This document shows, in pieces, positions 11,072-23,119 of a DNA stretch of 42,426 bases (positions within the stretch are counted from its first letter, which is position 1; each line of letters opens with the position of its first letter). The position numbers were made by a program, and so were the translations under genes. The stretch is from Octopus bimaculoides (taxonomy: Eukaryota), in assembly GCF_001194135.2 (NCBI RefSeq), contig NC_068987.1, positions 71,557,824-71,600,249 on the forward strand. The letters are read 5' to 3'. A model generated the notes under the pieces. That model searched no databases and was not told where the DNA came from. It worked only from the letters and a program-made list of their open reading frames with translations.

Positions 11072-11593
11072 NNNNNNNNNNNNNNNNNNNNNNNNNNNNN
11101 NNNNNNNNNNNNNNNNNNNNNNNNNNNNNNNNNNNNNNNNNNNNNNNNNNNNNNNNNNNNNNNNNNNNNNNNNNNNNNNNNNNNNNNNNNNNNNNNNNNN
11201 NNNNNNNNNNNNNNNNNNNNNNNNNNNNNNNNNNNNNNNNNNNNNNNNNNNNNNNNNNNNNNNNNNNNNNNNNNNNNNNNNNNNNNNNNNNNNNNNNNNN
11301 NNNNNNNNNNNNNNNNNNNNNNNNNNNNNNNNNNNNNNNNNNNNNNNNNNNNNNNNNNNNNNNNNNNNNNNNNNNNNNNNNNNNNNNNNNNNNNNNNNNN
11401 NNNNNNNNNNNNNNNNNNNNNNNNNNNNNNNNNNNNNNNNNNNNNNNNNNNNNNNNNNNNNNNNNNNNNNNNNNNNNNNNNNNNNNNNNNNNNNNNNNNN
11501 NNNNNNNNNNNNNNNNNNNNNNNNNNNNNNNNNNNNNNNNNNNNNNNNNNNNNNNNNNNNNNNNNNNNNNNNNNNNNNNNNNNNNNNNNNNNN

Positions 11594-11890
11594 GATACAA
11601 AGAAAAGAAGGACGGGTCATTCGGAGTTTTCTATCCTCAGTCGAGTTCCAGATTATGTTTGCAATTTCGGTTGGTTATACTCGAGATTGCTCCAATCTGG
11701 CCAACGCCAAGGAAAAACTATGCTAAGAGTATTAAATTCCTTGGAAGAAAGCAGCGAATGTATGCGAAAACAAGGACGGAAAAAAACGGAGAAATGTTAC
11801 ACAAATACAAATGCAAATAACAGGACATAACAACAGGTGTCTTTCGACTAAGGACGAATTAAATTAAGCTGGCGTGTGTGGAAGTAAAAC
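11594..11890 (-). mobile_element. Interspersed repeat fragment, possibly a Penelope-type terminal region
   Basis: Recognised only from memory as a recurrent octopus repeat; no second copy in the window. Confidence 0.35.
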
Positions 11891-12327
11891 CTTACGGCAG
11901 ATACATAGGTTCTGACAGACACAGGGAGGAATAGAGATGTTGCACGGATGGTAGTTGAACCAAGAAAGAAAGGTCAGGCTTGGCCGAACACCGGCCACTA
12001 GGGGAGAGATGAGAGAGAGGTAGAGGCAGAGGGATAGAAGAATTAAGGAAGGGCGAGAACAAAATTGAAAAGGACACTATGAAGTGAAAGAGGGGAAGTG
12101 ATCATGAAGAGAAGGCCAGGAAATGTGTGAGAGAGAGAGAGCGAAGAAAAGAACAAAGAGTGGAATGAACGAAATAAGTGTGATAGGGCTGATAGAAAGA
12201 AGGAAAGAATGAAAGAATAGAAAGAATAATAGACTTGTACAAAATTTAGATTTATATATACTTACATATAAGAGACCAAAGTGTACGTACGTCGCTATAT
12301 ATTTATATATATATATATATATATATA

Positions 12328-12360
12328 CTAGCAGCTAAACCCGGTTTCACCCGGCCTGTT
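12328..12360 (-). mobile_element. Helitron-type 3' terminus
   Basis: Minus strand reads gccgggtgaaaccgggtttagctgCTAG|T: an imperfect GC-rich hairpin about 10 nt before CTAG, followed by T. Confidence 0.65.
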
Positions 12361-12697
12361 TGGATGATGTGGCTGTGATCGTTTTCGGTTAGGCATAATC
12401 TATAACAGCGTTTCTCAACCTTATCATTTTGGGTCCCCTGTTTCGATTGGAGCCTCTAGCTGTATGAAGATTTCATCACCCCCCTGTCAGAAAATGGCTT
12501 CAGGAGTTGTGAAGAAAGAATTTGTACGTAGTCTGTTTCTGAGAGCTATTCTATTGGACGTCTGTATAATCATTAAAACATTTATTTAATTTTGAACATA
12601 GAAAGAAATTATACATTAATCCCAATTTTTGTAAGCAGTTGTATCCGTAAAAAATGTATTTGCAGAGAGCAGAAATTGAAAGATATATGAAATGGAC

Positions 12698-12733
<36 letters not shown>

Positions 12734-12814
12734 AAGAGAGAAAGACTGTGAGAAAGAGAGATAGAGTGAATGAGTGATGTTGTGTTCCATTGACATACGT
12801 TGGCTGGCACTGCA

Positions 12815-13550
12815 AGTACGAATCTGATACTGATGTTTCAGTCAATGCAAGGTCTCAATGCACATCATTTTCTAAAAAAAAAAGCCTTGTTGATAGCATG
12901 CTTTGCTATAGTTTCACACACAGGACCATTTACACTCCTAGAAACTTAGAATGATTTGAGACCACGTACTTCATGCAAAAGAAGCCGTAAGTAGTAGCAT
13001 TCTGCTTGTTTGGTAGGGGACACTATAAACTCTTGCAAGATCATCAGCCCGTTTCTTTTAGTGCCATTTATTGTTTCCCCCAGGTGTAATATTTGGGTAA
13101 TTATGGGTAAAGGAGTTTTCTTGCATATTCATCTACTTGACACAACTTAAAAAACGCAGTAAGGGTAGTTTCTTTTCGAGAAAGTGTTTGCTGCAAGGCT
13201 TTTTGTTTTGTAAATATAACCCTGTAGCCATTCTCTAGATGGACACTCAGACGAATGATGACTGGGTGCCTCTCAAGAATGGGAAAATTGAAGATTCACC
13301 AAAATTCCTCATTGATACTGATGTCTCTTGCTCTGTCATACTGTGCATCCTCGTCTTTTTCATTTATCTGCTGACTGCCATTTTGCATAAGAATGCATGT
13401 CGCGGCATCTAAACCTTTGTTTATATATTTGCAAACATACTTAATAGAGTTAACAGAGTTTCAGGATTCAACATTGACTCTGGCTACCTGTACTCATCTT
13501 TGCTTCACTGTGGAATATTGATCATCTATATCTACCCCGACTCCTCTTGT
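12815..13550 (-). pseudogene. Decayed Helitron Rep-helicase fragment
   Basis: Manual translation: VNVES*NSVNSIKYVCKYINKGLD...ISINEEFW*IFNFPILERHPVIIRLSVHLENGYRVIFT...TTLTAFFKLCQVDEYARKLLYP*LPKYYTW, then after frameshifts LARVYSV, ECYYLRLLLHEVRG, SVNGPVCET and LENDVH*DLALTE. This is the characteristic Helitron sequence downstream of the Rep KYxxK motif. Confidence 0.92.
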
Positions 13551-13882
13551 AGAGAGTGAGAACATTGTTCTCGGAAACGTTTTCGAAAATTAAACTGGGG
13601 ATTAAATGAAAATGAGTTATGTGAATATTTTCAAAAGAGTGATTAAAATAACTGTCGATTTTGGAACACCTCACGCACGCACAAACACTCATTCACACAC
13701 ACACATACGCACGCGCATACATACAGATGAAATGGATGTGTGTGAGAGAAGGGGTTTATTGTCATGTATACGTACATACATAAATAAATATGCATGCAAT
13801 TTTTGTATGTATGTGTTCGTGTGTGTATGAGAGAGTGTGTGTTACATAGACACGACACTCTCTTTCCATCTTTCACTCTTTT

Positions 13883-13924
<42 letters not shown>

Positions 13925-13934
13925 NNNNNNNNNN

Positions 13935-13978
<44 letters not shown>

Positions 13979-15847
13979 ACATACACACGTGTACACATAC
14001 ATACAAAAAAGATGGACGCATATGTATTTATTTATGTACGTATACGTGACAACACCCCTTGACTGATTCTCTTTCTCTCTCTTTTTCTCTCTCTTACACA
14101 CACACACGCACACACACACACACACACATACATATATTCATAAATGTATACAAACGTACATACAAAAACAGAAGTGTGCGTGTGTGACTGACTTGTGTGT
14201 GTGAGAGAGAAAGAGGGGAGAGAGAACATTGCAAACAATGAATAAAATAAGCATGAAATGAAAACATCGTATAAATAAAAGCTCGGTAAAAATCATCTTG
14301 CACTGAATATTTAGATTTGTGAATTTAGAAAATATGTTTTTCAATACTTTGTCGTAGTTGTTTGCAAATAGCGAATTAAAACTTGAAATGAAAGCATGAA
14401 AATATTGAGTGAGAGGTATTGCAAATGAAAACGGAAAATATCGACGTTACTACGTCAATACTGGAAGTTGACATTGAGAAATCTTTTTAAAGAAGTGAAT
14501 CATATATACAAAGCAATATTATTTATTTTTAATAAAAAAATAAAATGAAGACCCTATTATGTATCCGAGGTCGAATTATTCATGCATCTCAAGTATGGGA
14601 CTAGTTCGTATAGCTGTTTTCGCATGAAAAGCGAATACACACTCACACACAAAGGTCTATTTTATATGAGAAGATATATATATATATATATATATATANN
14701 NNNNNNNNNNNNNNNNNNNNNNNNNNNNNNNNNNNNNNNNNNNNNNNNNNNNNNNNNNNNNNNNNNNNNNNNNNNNNNNNNNNNNNNNNNNNNNNNNNNN
14801 NNNNNNNNNNNNNNNNNNNNNNNNNNNNNNNNNNNNNNNNNNNNNNNNNNNNNNNNNNNNNNNNNNNNNNNNNNNNNNNNNNNNNNNNNNNNNNNNNNNN
14901 NNNNNNNNNNNNNNNNNNNNNNNNNNNNNNNNNNNNNNNNNNNNNNNNNNNNNNNNNNNNNNNNNNNNNNNNNNNNNNNNNNNNNNNNNNNNNNNNNNNN
15001 NNNNNNNNNNNNNNNNNNNNNNNNNNNNNNNNNNNNNNNNNNNNNNNNNNNNNNNNNNNNNNNNNNNNNNNNNNNNNNNNNNNNNNNNNNNNNNNNNNNN
15101 NNNNNNNNNNNNNNNNNNNNNNNNNNNNNNNNNNNNNNNNNATATTATACATATACAGAGAGAGATTGCGAAATAGAAAGATAACATATACAGACATACA
15201 TATATAATTATATATATGACTATATGCGTGCACATGTATGTAGGTATACATATATATATGCATGTAAACATGTATGTATGTATACATATATGTGTGTATA
15301 TATAGAATATGAAACTAATTGATGTCTGTCTCGACATCCTAGTGTTGGAGCTACTTCATGACTAAAATTGTTGACGTCATGTCAGTCATGAAGCGACCAA
15401 AAAAAAACACATACACATTTGCATATTGTAATTGTATATTATGTCCCGTAATGTCTTATTCATTTGTTTCATATACCGCCAGTAGTTGCACGCGCAAGAT
15501 AATTTGTCTAACAAATGTCAACTGAAGTCAGAGACGGGTATGATCTACGAAAAACAAAATTACAGAAAACCAATTGATACAGCTGAGCCATATTAATTAC
15601 ATCACGATAACACAATGAGAGGAAGATAGCTTGATACCCTGATGCAACTGAGAAATATCAAGTTATAGCAACGCGAGATATCAAATGATATTTCAACATG
15701 GAGTCAAAGATGTTATGTACTAATATACTGTTGAAATGAAATGTGTTTTCGTAATGTTATTGAGCAAAATCACTGAAATTCAGAAAGATGCTTTAACTCT
15801 TTTTCTCTACTTCCTTCTCACACTTCTTTCCATGATTTCTGTCTCTC

Positions 15848-15953
<106 letters not shown>

Positions 15954-16089
15954 TCTCTCTCAGTCTCTCTCTCTCTCTCTTTGTCTACCTTTCTCTTTTT
16001 TGCTCGTTCTCTTTCACTGGAATAACAACACACACATATACATACATGAATGCATGAATACATACATACATACATACATACATACAGAG

Positions 16090-16425
16090 ACGCAGGCGCA
16101 GCTATATGGTAAGAAGTTTGCTTCTTAACCTCATCGTTTTGATTTCAATCTCACTGCATGGCACCTTCAGCAAGTGTCTTCTACTATAGCACCGGGTCGA
16201 TCAAAGCCTTGTGAGAGAATTTGGTAGACGGAAACTGAAAGCCCGTCGTATATGTATATTTATGTATCTAAGTTTGTGTGTTTTTGTGCTTGTGCTTGTT
16301 GGCCACCACTATCTGACAACCGGTGTTGGCTTGTCTACGTCCCTGAAACTTTGGCAAAAGAGACCAGGCTTTAAATAATAAGACATTCATTCATTTGACG
16401 AAAATTTTTTTAAGGCGGTGCTGTA
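16090..16425 (+). mobile_element. Family B SINE, diverged
   Basis: tggtaagaagtttgctt...gcaagtgtcttctactatagc...caaagccttgtgag...ggtagacggaaactgaaag...gacaaccgg...ggcaaaagagacc. Confidence 0.85.
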
Positions 16426-16469
16426 GCTTGTCTACAGTCCAATAACTGAAAGAAGTGAAATATAATATG

Positions 16470-16532
<63 letters not shown>

Positions 16533-16794
16533 NNNNNNNNNNNNNNNNNNNNNNNNNNNNNNNNNNNNNNNNNNNNNNNNNNNNNNNNNNNNNNNNNNNN
16601 NNNNNNNNNNNNNNNNNNNNNGTGTGTATTTATTTTCTCATAGTTAACAATCAACACTGACAAAATAAATTGGTTAATAGTTACTAGGGTAGCAAAGTTC
16701 ACAAAATAACTTGGGTGTATCTCCTGTTTATGGGGTAGAAACTCCTTGTTAATTTGAGGTATTTTGAATAAATATGAGATTAAATAAATTGAGA

Positions 16795-16981
16795 TATACG
16801 CATGTGTTAAATAATTTCTTTTATTTCCGACATATGTTTCGAAGATTACAATTGGTTCATTCCAAAGGAATGAATAGAAGATTACATCTTTCTCAACATC
16901 ATTCATTCCTTTGGAATGAACCAATTGTAATCTTCGGAACATATGTCGGAAATAAAAGAAATTATTTAACACATGCGTATA
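16795..16981. repeat. Near-perfect foldback, 81-bp arms with a 25-bp spacer
   Basis: 16795-16875 is the reverse complement of 16901-16981 with one mismatch; TA at both outer ends. Confidence 0.95.
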
Positions 16982-17431
16982 ACTCCATGCTATAAGCTCT
17001 GGTCAGCAACTTTCTGCATCTCACCTTGATGGGATCACCTCTTGCTTGCCACCCATTGCTTAGGCATAATTCCACAAGCTCCGCATATATCCTTCTCTTG
17101 CTCTCGTTAGTCTCGATGATGCGGTCCTCCTAGAGAACAGAGAGCTCTGAGAGAGCCATTTATTTAGATGCTTCACTGATGTTGAATAAACTTTGAAAAT
17201 GATCACAGACGACTATCTGCACAAATACTACTCAGTGTAAATGATGAAAGTTAGTCTAAACTTAGATAAATTCCTACGGATCAAAGTCGAGCAGATCGAG
17301 AATCGTATGTAAAGTCACAAATATGCTAGTATGGTTTATAACTGTAAGAATTAACTGTAGACGTGACTACATAAAAACGTATATTGAAAACAGAGTAATA
17401 TGCCAGTGATTTTGTTTGGTGTTTCTTCATA

Positions 17432-17648
17432 CGAGGGACTGCTGAAAAGTTCCTGGCTTTAAGGGAGTCGTGAAAGGCCTGGTTGGAGGCCTACCCTTCC
17501 GTGTTTTTTTACAGGGCTTAGAAAAACTGAAGGACTGCTGCAATAAGTGTGTGAATTTGAGAGGAGAATATGATGAATAAATTCATGATTAACTGATCCT
17601 CCTGTATTTTCTTTTACACAAAACCGGGAACTTTTCAGGGCCTCCCCG
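17432..17648 (+). mobile_element. Mariner-derived MITE retaining the transposase C-terminus
   Basis: TA flanks, imperfect TIRs of about 28 bp (gctgaaaagttcctggcttt / aaaaccgggaacttttcag); 17515-17580 encodes GLEKLKDCCNKCVNLRGEYDE*, like a mariner transposase end. Confidence 0.88.
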
Positions 17649-18174
17649 TATAGTTAATAGAGTCAGGATGTGCATTTCGAAAATGTTCAATGCAAAGTTA
17701 TTAGAGGGGCAAACCATACCAAAAAACTCCTATTCTATAATTCAATATTTTTACGAACACTTGATGCCGTTCAGTTTAATGCTTCTTCCTTATGCATAAT
17801 TAACATTGTCCTGGCTGTCTGTGAATGATCTACTCATCCCTAGCATCTTACAATATTATTTCGTACCTGATGTTATTTTAGACACCGGATGTAATTAGAC
17901 AAGGCTGTGGCACTTCTCAGATACATATGTGTACATGTTACTATGTCAGTGAATGCATGTGTATCTCTTTGTATGCACATGTATACATATGCATGAATAT
18001 GCTTGTATGCATATAACTGTGTTCGTAAAGCATGCATATTTAAGCGTATGTAGATATATATACGCGTATGCATATATATGTGTGTGTATATCTATTTATC
18101 CATATACACACACATATATATACACGTACACATAAATTATACATATATCTGTAATATAAGCATATATATATATA

Positions 18175-18283
18175 TAGGAGGGAGAATATACAAAAAATAA
18201 CAACAGACGAGGACAGGTGGTGTAAATAACAAAAGTATATATTAGTATGACGCTCGGGAATACGGAAAGTCTTTGACGTTTCG
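18175..18283 (-). mobile_element. Penelope-type terminal fragment with the 3' half of a hammerhead-like motif
   Basis: Minus strand tcGAAACGTCaaagactttccgtattcccgagcgtcatactaat... is homologous to 19568-19675. Confidence 0.6.
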
Positions 18284-18408
18284 ATATATATATATATATA
18301 TATTTATATATATTTAAATACTTCTACATACACATATATATGTGCAAATACGTACATATATATATGTGTTGGAATGTGAGCATATATATACATACATACA
18401 TATATATG

Positions 18409-18481
<73 letters not shown>

Positions 18482-18631
18482 ATGTGTGCGTGAGTGTGTG
18501 TGCGTGAGTGTGTGTGCGTGTGAAATAATATTTGTTTAATGAGGTAAAATCTGAAAATATACAGAACATTTTACAAACAATACTAAACTAAATGAAATTA
18601 TAAATCTGCTCTATAGTTTATATATTATCTC

Positions 18632-18910
18632 AGTGTTTTTCCTCATTTTACGTCTTTATTTTGAACATATTTAAATTTCAGTTTATATATCAAAACTTAA
18701 GTATATGCACAGTCATTTGCAGGAAGCAACGGTTTATGTATATCTCGCATCATATTGATTTAATATAGATGGTACAACACGTCATTTCATTTTAATAACA
18801 ATAAAAAAGATGTAATTTTTCATCTCTACTTTTGATATTCACACACATATACTAAGCTTTCTAAACTAGAAGATACTATAATAGAATATTAAATGCAGAA
18901 CACGCATAAA
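18632..18910 (+). repeat. Diverged non-coding block, copy 2 (paralog at 10525-10850)
   Basis: Same collinear words as copy 1. Confidence 0.8.
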
Positions 18911-19040
18911 AAGAGGCAGTAGGCTGTCAACCAAAAGATACAGGTAGATGTGTATGTGTGTGGGTATTGAGAGAGAGAGAGAGAGAGAGAGAGAGNNNNN
19001 NNNNNNNNNNNNNNNNNNNNNNNNNNNNNNNNNNNNNNNN

Positions 19041-19093
<53 letters not shown>

Positions 19094-19439
19094 GAGAGAG
19101 AGAGAGAGAGAAATAGAGAGAGAGAGAGAAAAAGAGAGAGAGAGAGAGAGAGAAAGAGGTGTGCGTGTGTGTGTGCGTTTGAATGCCTTATTTGCTGCAG
19201 CCATTAGGCTGCAGCCATGCAGGGGCACCGCCGTACCACACCACACCACACCACATCACACCACCCCGCACACACTAGCACTGACTACTTCCCAGTACCT
19301 ACACCATCACCCACACACCTACGCATGAATACAAGCGCACATCAATGTCACCAGCCCCTTTCCACCCGCACATACACGCTCTCACATGCACACGCACGCG
19401 CACCTTCGTTTTGGGATCACCACTACTTTATTATCTCCC

Positions 19440-19675
19440 CAAGATTCCTAGCTCTCCTGTGTGACCCCTCTGTCCGGTATTCGCCATGATAAATCGCTAG
19501 CCACTAAACCTTTTCTATTTTCTCTCCCTGTTTATTTCTGTGTTCTTTTCTGTCGAAGAGCGTAGGCTCGAAACGTAAAAGACTTTCTCACTTCCCGAGC
19601 GTTATACTAATACGTCTATTTGTTGTTTACACACCCGTCTTCGTCTTTTGTTTTTTTGTAAATTCTTACTATATA
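19440..19675 (+). mobile_element. Penelope-type terminal repeat fragment
   Basis: Contains the hammerhead-like motif at 19544-19583 and is homologous to the inverted copy at 18175-18283; left boundary approximate. Confidence 0.55.
19544..19583 (+). ncRNA. Degenerate minimal hammerhead-ribozyme-like motif
   Basis: tctttt-CTGtCGA-a-GAGC(gtag)GCTC-GAAA-CGT-A-aaagac: perfect stem II, palindromic ACGT stem III, A6 replaced by T. Confidence 0.5.
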
Positions 19676-19931
19676 CATACGCGCNNNNNNNNNNNNNNNN
19701 NNNNNNNNNNNNNNNNNNNNNNNNNNNNNNNNNNNNNNNNNNNNNNNNNNNNNNNNNNNNNNNNNNNNNNNNNNNNNNNNNNNNNNNNNNNNNNNNNNNN
19801 NNNNNNNNNNNNNNNNNNNNNNNNNNNNNNNNNNNNNNNNNNNNNNNNNNNNNNNNNNNNNNNNNNNNNNNNNNNNNNNNNNNNNNNNNNNNNNNNNNNN
19901 NNNNNNNNNNNNNNNNNNNNNNNNNNNNNNN

Positions 19932-20008
<77 letters not shown>

Positions 20009-20841
20009 CGTGCATTAATACCTTACCTAGAAATCTATCTTAAACTGGCATATATTACTCTCATCAACAGAATTACTCGGATTTTATGTTAGTATTTTGA
20101 TAGTTTCGAAATGGTATTTCCGATTCTATGCACCGGTAAATTTTATTGGTCAAATACGACGTGGAAGAGGGAGTGAGTTTATTTTTTTGCTTTGATATAT
20201 GTTTTTTTGCGTTCTACTCATTTTCGTTTCATTAATTTCATTCGTTTCATTAATTTTACACCTCAAACTAATTGAATTTAGGAATGATCTTTATTTTTCA
20301 TAGAAGATCATTTGGTTTCGTTAACTTAAAATATTTTCTAAGGGTGGTGATATAACATATATAACATATATATTAATAATGTTAAATCTCTGAACGAGAT
20401 GTCCTCCTGGGGCTAAAAGCAACAGTAACATCCACCCCTCGGGGTCAGCCACATTTAAGTGGCAAATATATATATTAATGTTACAGATAAAATATATATT
20501 AGAGTATTTACTTTCCTCAACAGAAGTGACTTAGCTTTAACTCTTGCCGTATTCGATGAAATAAACGGCAACACGACACTCCAGGCCATTATAATCATTT
20601 AGCATCTCTGTCCTTCAATAGTCGCATTTGAATCTGACGAGAAAATGAATTTAGACATTTTTATCCCATTAGGTACATTAGTGAAAGATATATTCAAGAA
20701 AACACAATACAAATACACCTGTATTTACATTAAAAGGATATGCATTCTATGGAATATTTTAGTATCGTCGGTTCTCCTTCGTGTTTCTCTCTCTCTCTCT
20801 CTCTTTCTCTTTCTTTCTCCGTCTCTCTCTCTCTCTCCCTC

Positions 20842-20875
<34 letters not shown>

Positions 20876-21488
20876 NNNNNNNNNNNNNNNNNNNNNNNNN
20901 NNNNNNNNNNNNNNNNNNNNNNNNNNNNNNNNNNNNNNNNNNNNNNNNNNNNNNNNNNNNNNNNNNNNNNNNNNNNNNNNNNNNNNNNNNNNNNNNNNNN
21001 NNNNNNNNNNNNNNNNNNNNNNNNNNNNNNNNNNNNNNNNNNNNNNNNNNNNNNNNNNNNNNNNNNNNNNNNNNNNNNNNNNNNNNNNNNNNNNNNNNNN
21101 NNNNNNNNNNNNNNNNNNNNNNNNNNNNNNNNNNNNNNNNNNNNNNNNNNNNNNNNNNNNNNNNNNNNNNNNNNNNNNNNNNNNNNNNNNNNNNNNNNNN
21201 NNNNNNNNNNNNNNNNNNNNNNNNNNNNNNNNNNNNNNNNNNNNNNNNNNNNNNNNNNNNNNNNNNNNNNNNNNNNNNNNNNNNNNNNNNNNNNNNNNNN
21301 NNNNNNNNNNNNNNNNNNNNNNNNNNNNNNNNNNNNNNNNNNNNNNNNNNNNNNNNNNNNNNNNNNNNNNNNNNNNNNNNNNNNNNNNNNNNNNNNNNNN
21401 NNNNNNNNNNNNNNNNNNNNNNNNNNNNNNNNNNNNNNNNNNNNNNNNNNNNNNNNNNNNNNNNNNNNNNNNNNNNNNNNNNNNNNNN

Positions 21489-21539
<51 letters not shown>

Positions 21540-23119
21540 TATATATATCTATATATATATATATATATGCAACTATACACATATACAAACATACGTACAT
21601 ACGTACACACACACACACACACACATATTCACACATATGTGTGTGTGTGTGTATGTATGTATTATATGTGCATACATGTATGTATGTGTGTATGTGAGTG
21701 TGTCTATGTACGTACATATGTGTGTATATGTGCTTGTTTTATTACCAATGTCTATACAGAAATAAGTTCAACGCTCGGTATGAGGTATGTGTAGTTTATC
21801 ATATATAAACGAATATTTCGTCTTCCTACGAAGAAATCTTACAGTTAAAAACGCAAATCAAAAAAAAAAAAATTTGAAAAGTTGATAAAAAATATTGCGA
21901 ATTACAAGATAGTCTTACTGAAATTTACTGGAGTATCATCAGCTTGAACGTAACTGTAATATCGATTTAATTTGAATACAAATACCTTGTATAATTTATT
22001 TAATTCGGTTTTAGGGGATATCTGCCGCAGACTTAAGACTATATGCCCGATGAAAATTACAGCACTGTGGCGCCATTATTCGTTATATGAATTAACAAAT
22101 ACTGTAAATATGATATTTATACTCAATGTCACGATGACTCTCACATGGTTTCATTATATATATATATATNNNNNNNNNNNNNNNNNNNNNNNNNNNNNNN
22201 NNNNNNNNNNNNNNNNNNNNNNNNNNNNNNNNNNNNNNNNNNNNNNNNNNNNNNNNNNNNNNNNNNNNNNNNNNNNNNNNNNNNNNNNNNNNNNNNNNNN
22301 NNNNNNNNNNNNNNNNNNNNNNNNNNNNNNNNNNNNNNNNNNNNNNNNNNNNNNNNNNNNNNNNNNNNNNNNNNNNNNNNNNNNNNNNNNNNNNNNNNNN
22401 NNNNNNNNNNNNNNNNNNNNNNNNNNNNNNNNNNNNNNNNNNNNNNNNNNNNNNNNNNNNNNNNNNNNNNNNNNNNNNNNNNNNNNNNNNNNNNNNNNNN
22501 NNNNNNNNNNNNNNNNNNNNNNNNNNNNNNNNNNNNNNNNNNNNNNNNNNNNNNNNNNNNNNNNNNNNNNNNNNNNNNNNNNNNNNNNNNNNNNNNNNNN
22601 NNNNNNNNNNNNNNNNNNNNNNNNNNNNNNNNNNNNNNNNNNNNNNNNNNNNNNNNNNNNNNNNNNNNNNNNNNNNNNNNNNNNNNNNNNNNNNNNNNNN
22701 NNNNNNNNNNNNNNNNNNNNNNNNNNNNNNNNNNNNNNNNNNNNNNNNNNNNNNNNNNNNNNNNNNNNNNGTGTGTGTGTGTGTGTGTGCGTGTGTGTGT
22801 GTGTGTGTGTGTGAGCATTCAGCAACGAGAGAGTACTCAATGACTACACAGAAACTGGAGGGGAATTGAATAATTTATCTGCAGATCAAAAAACAGGACG
22901 AAATACTTGCAAGGCAGTTAACCTCGCTAAATTCACACAAGAACCAGTCCTGTAGTGTTGGCAGATTGCAGAACGCAAAGAGCAGGGGAAAATTTCACGA
23001 TGCATCATGTCGTCATTCTAAAACCTAAATTAGAGAATATGCAGCATCGGCTATGGGCATTAATAGCCATTTAATTAATGGGTAATTATCTGTGTCACTT
23101 AGTTTATTATGTCGCAGGT

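Noticed and set aside
11605-11655. CTGAGGA...CGAAT motif on the minus strand as a hammerhead
   Set aside because: GAAA box is GAAT and stem I does not pair next to the core.
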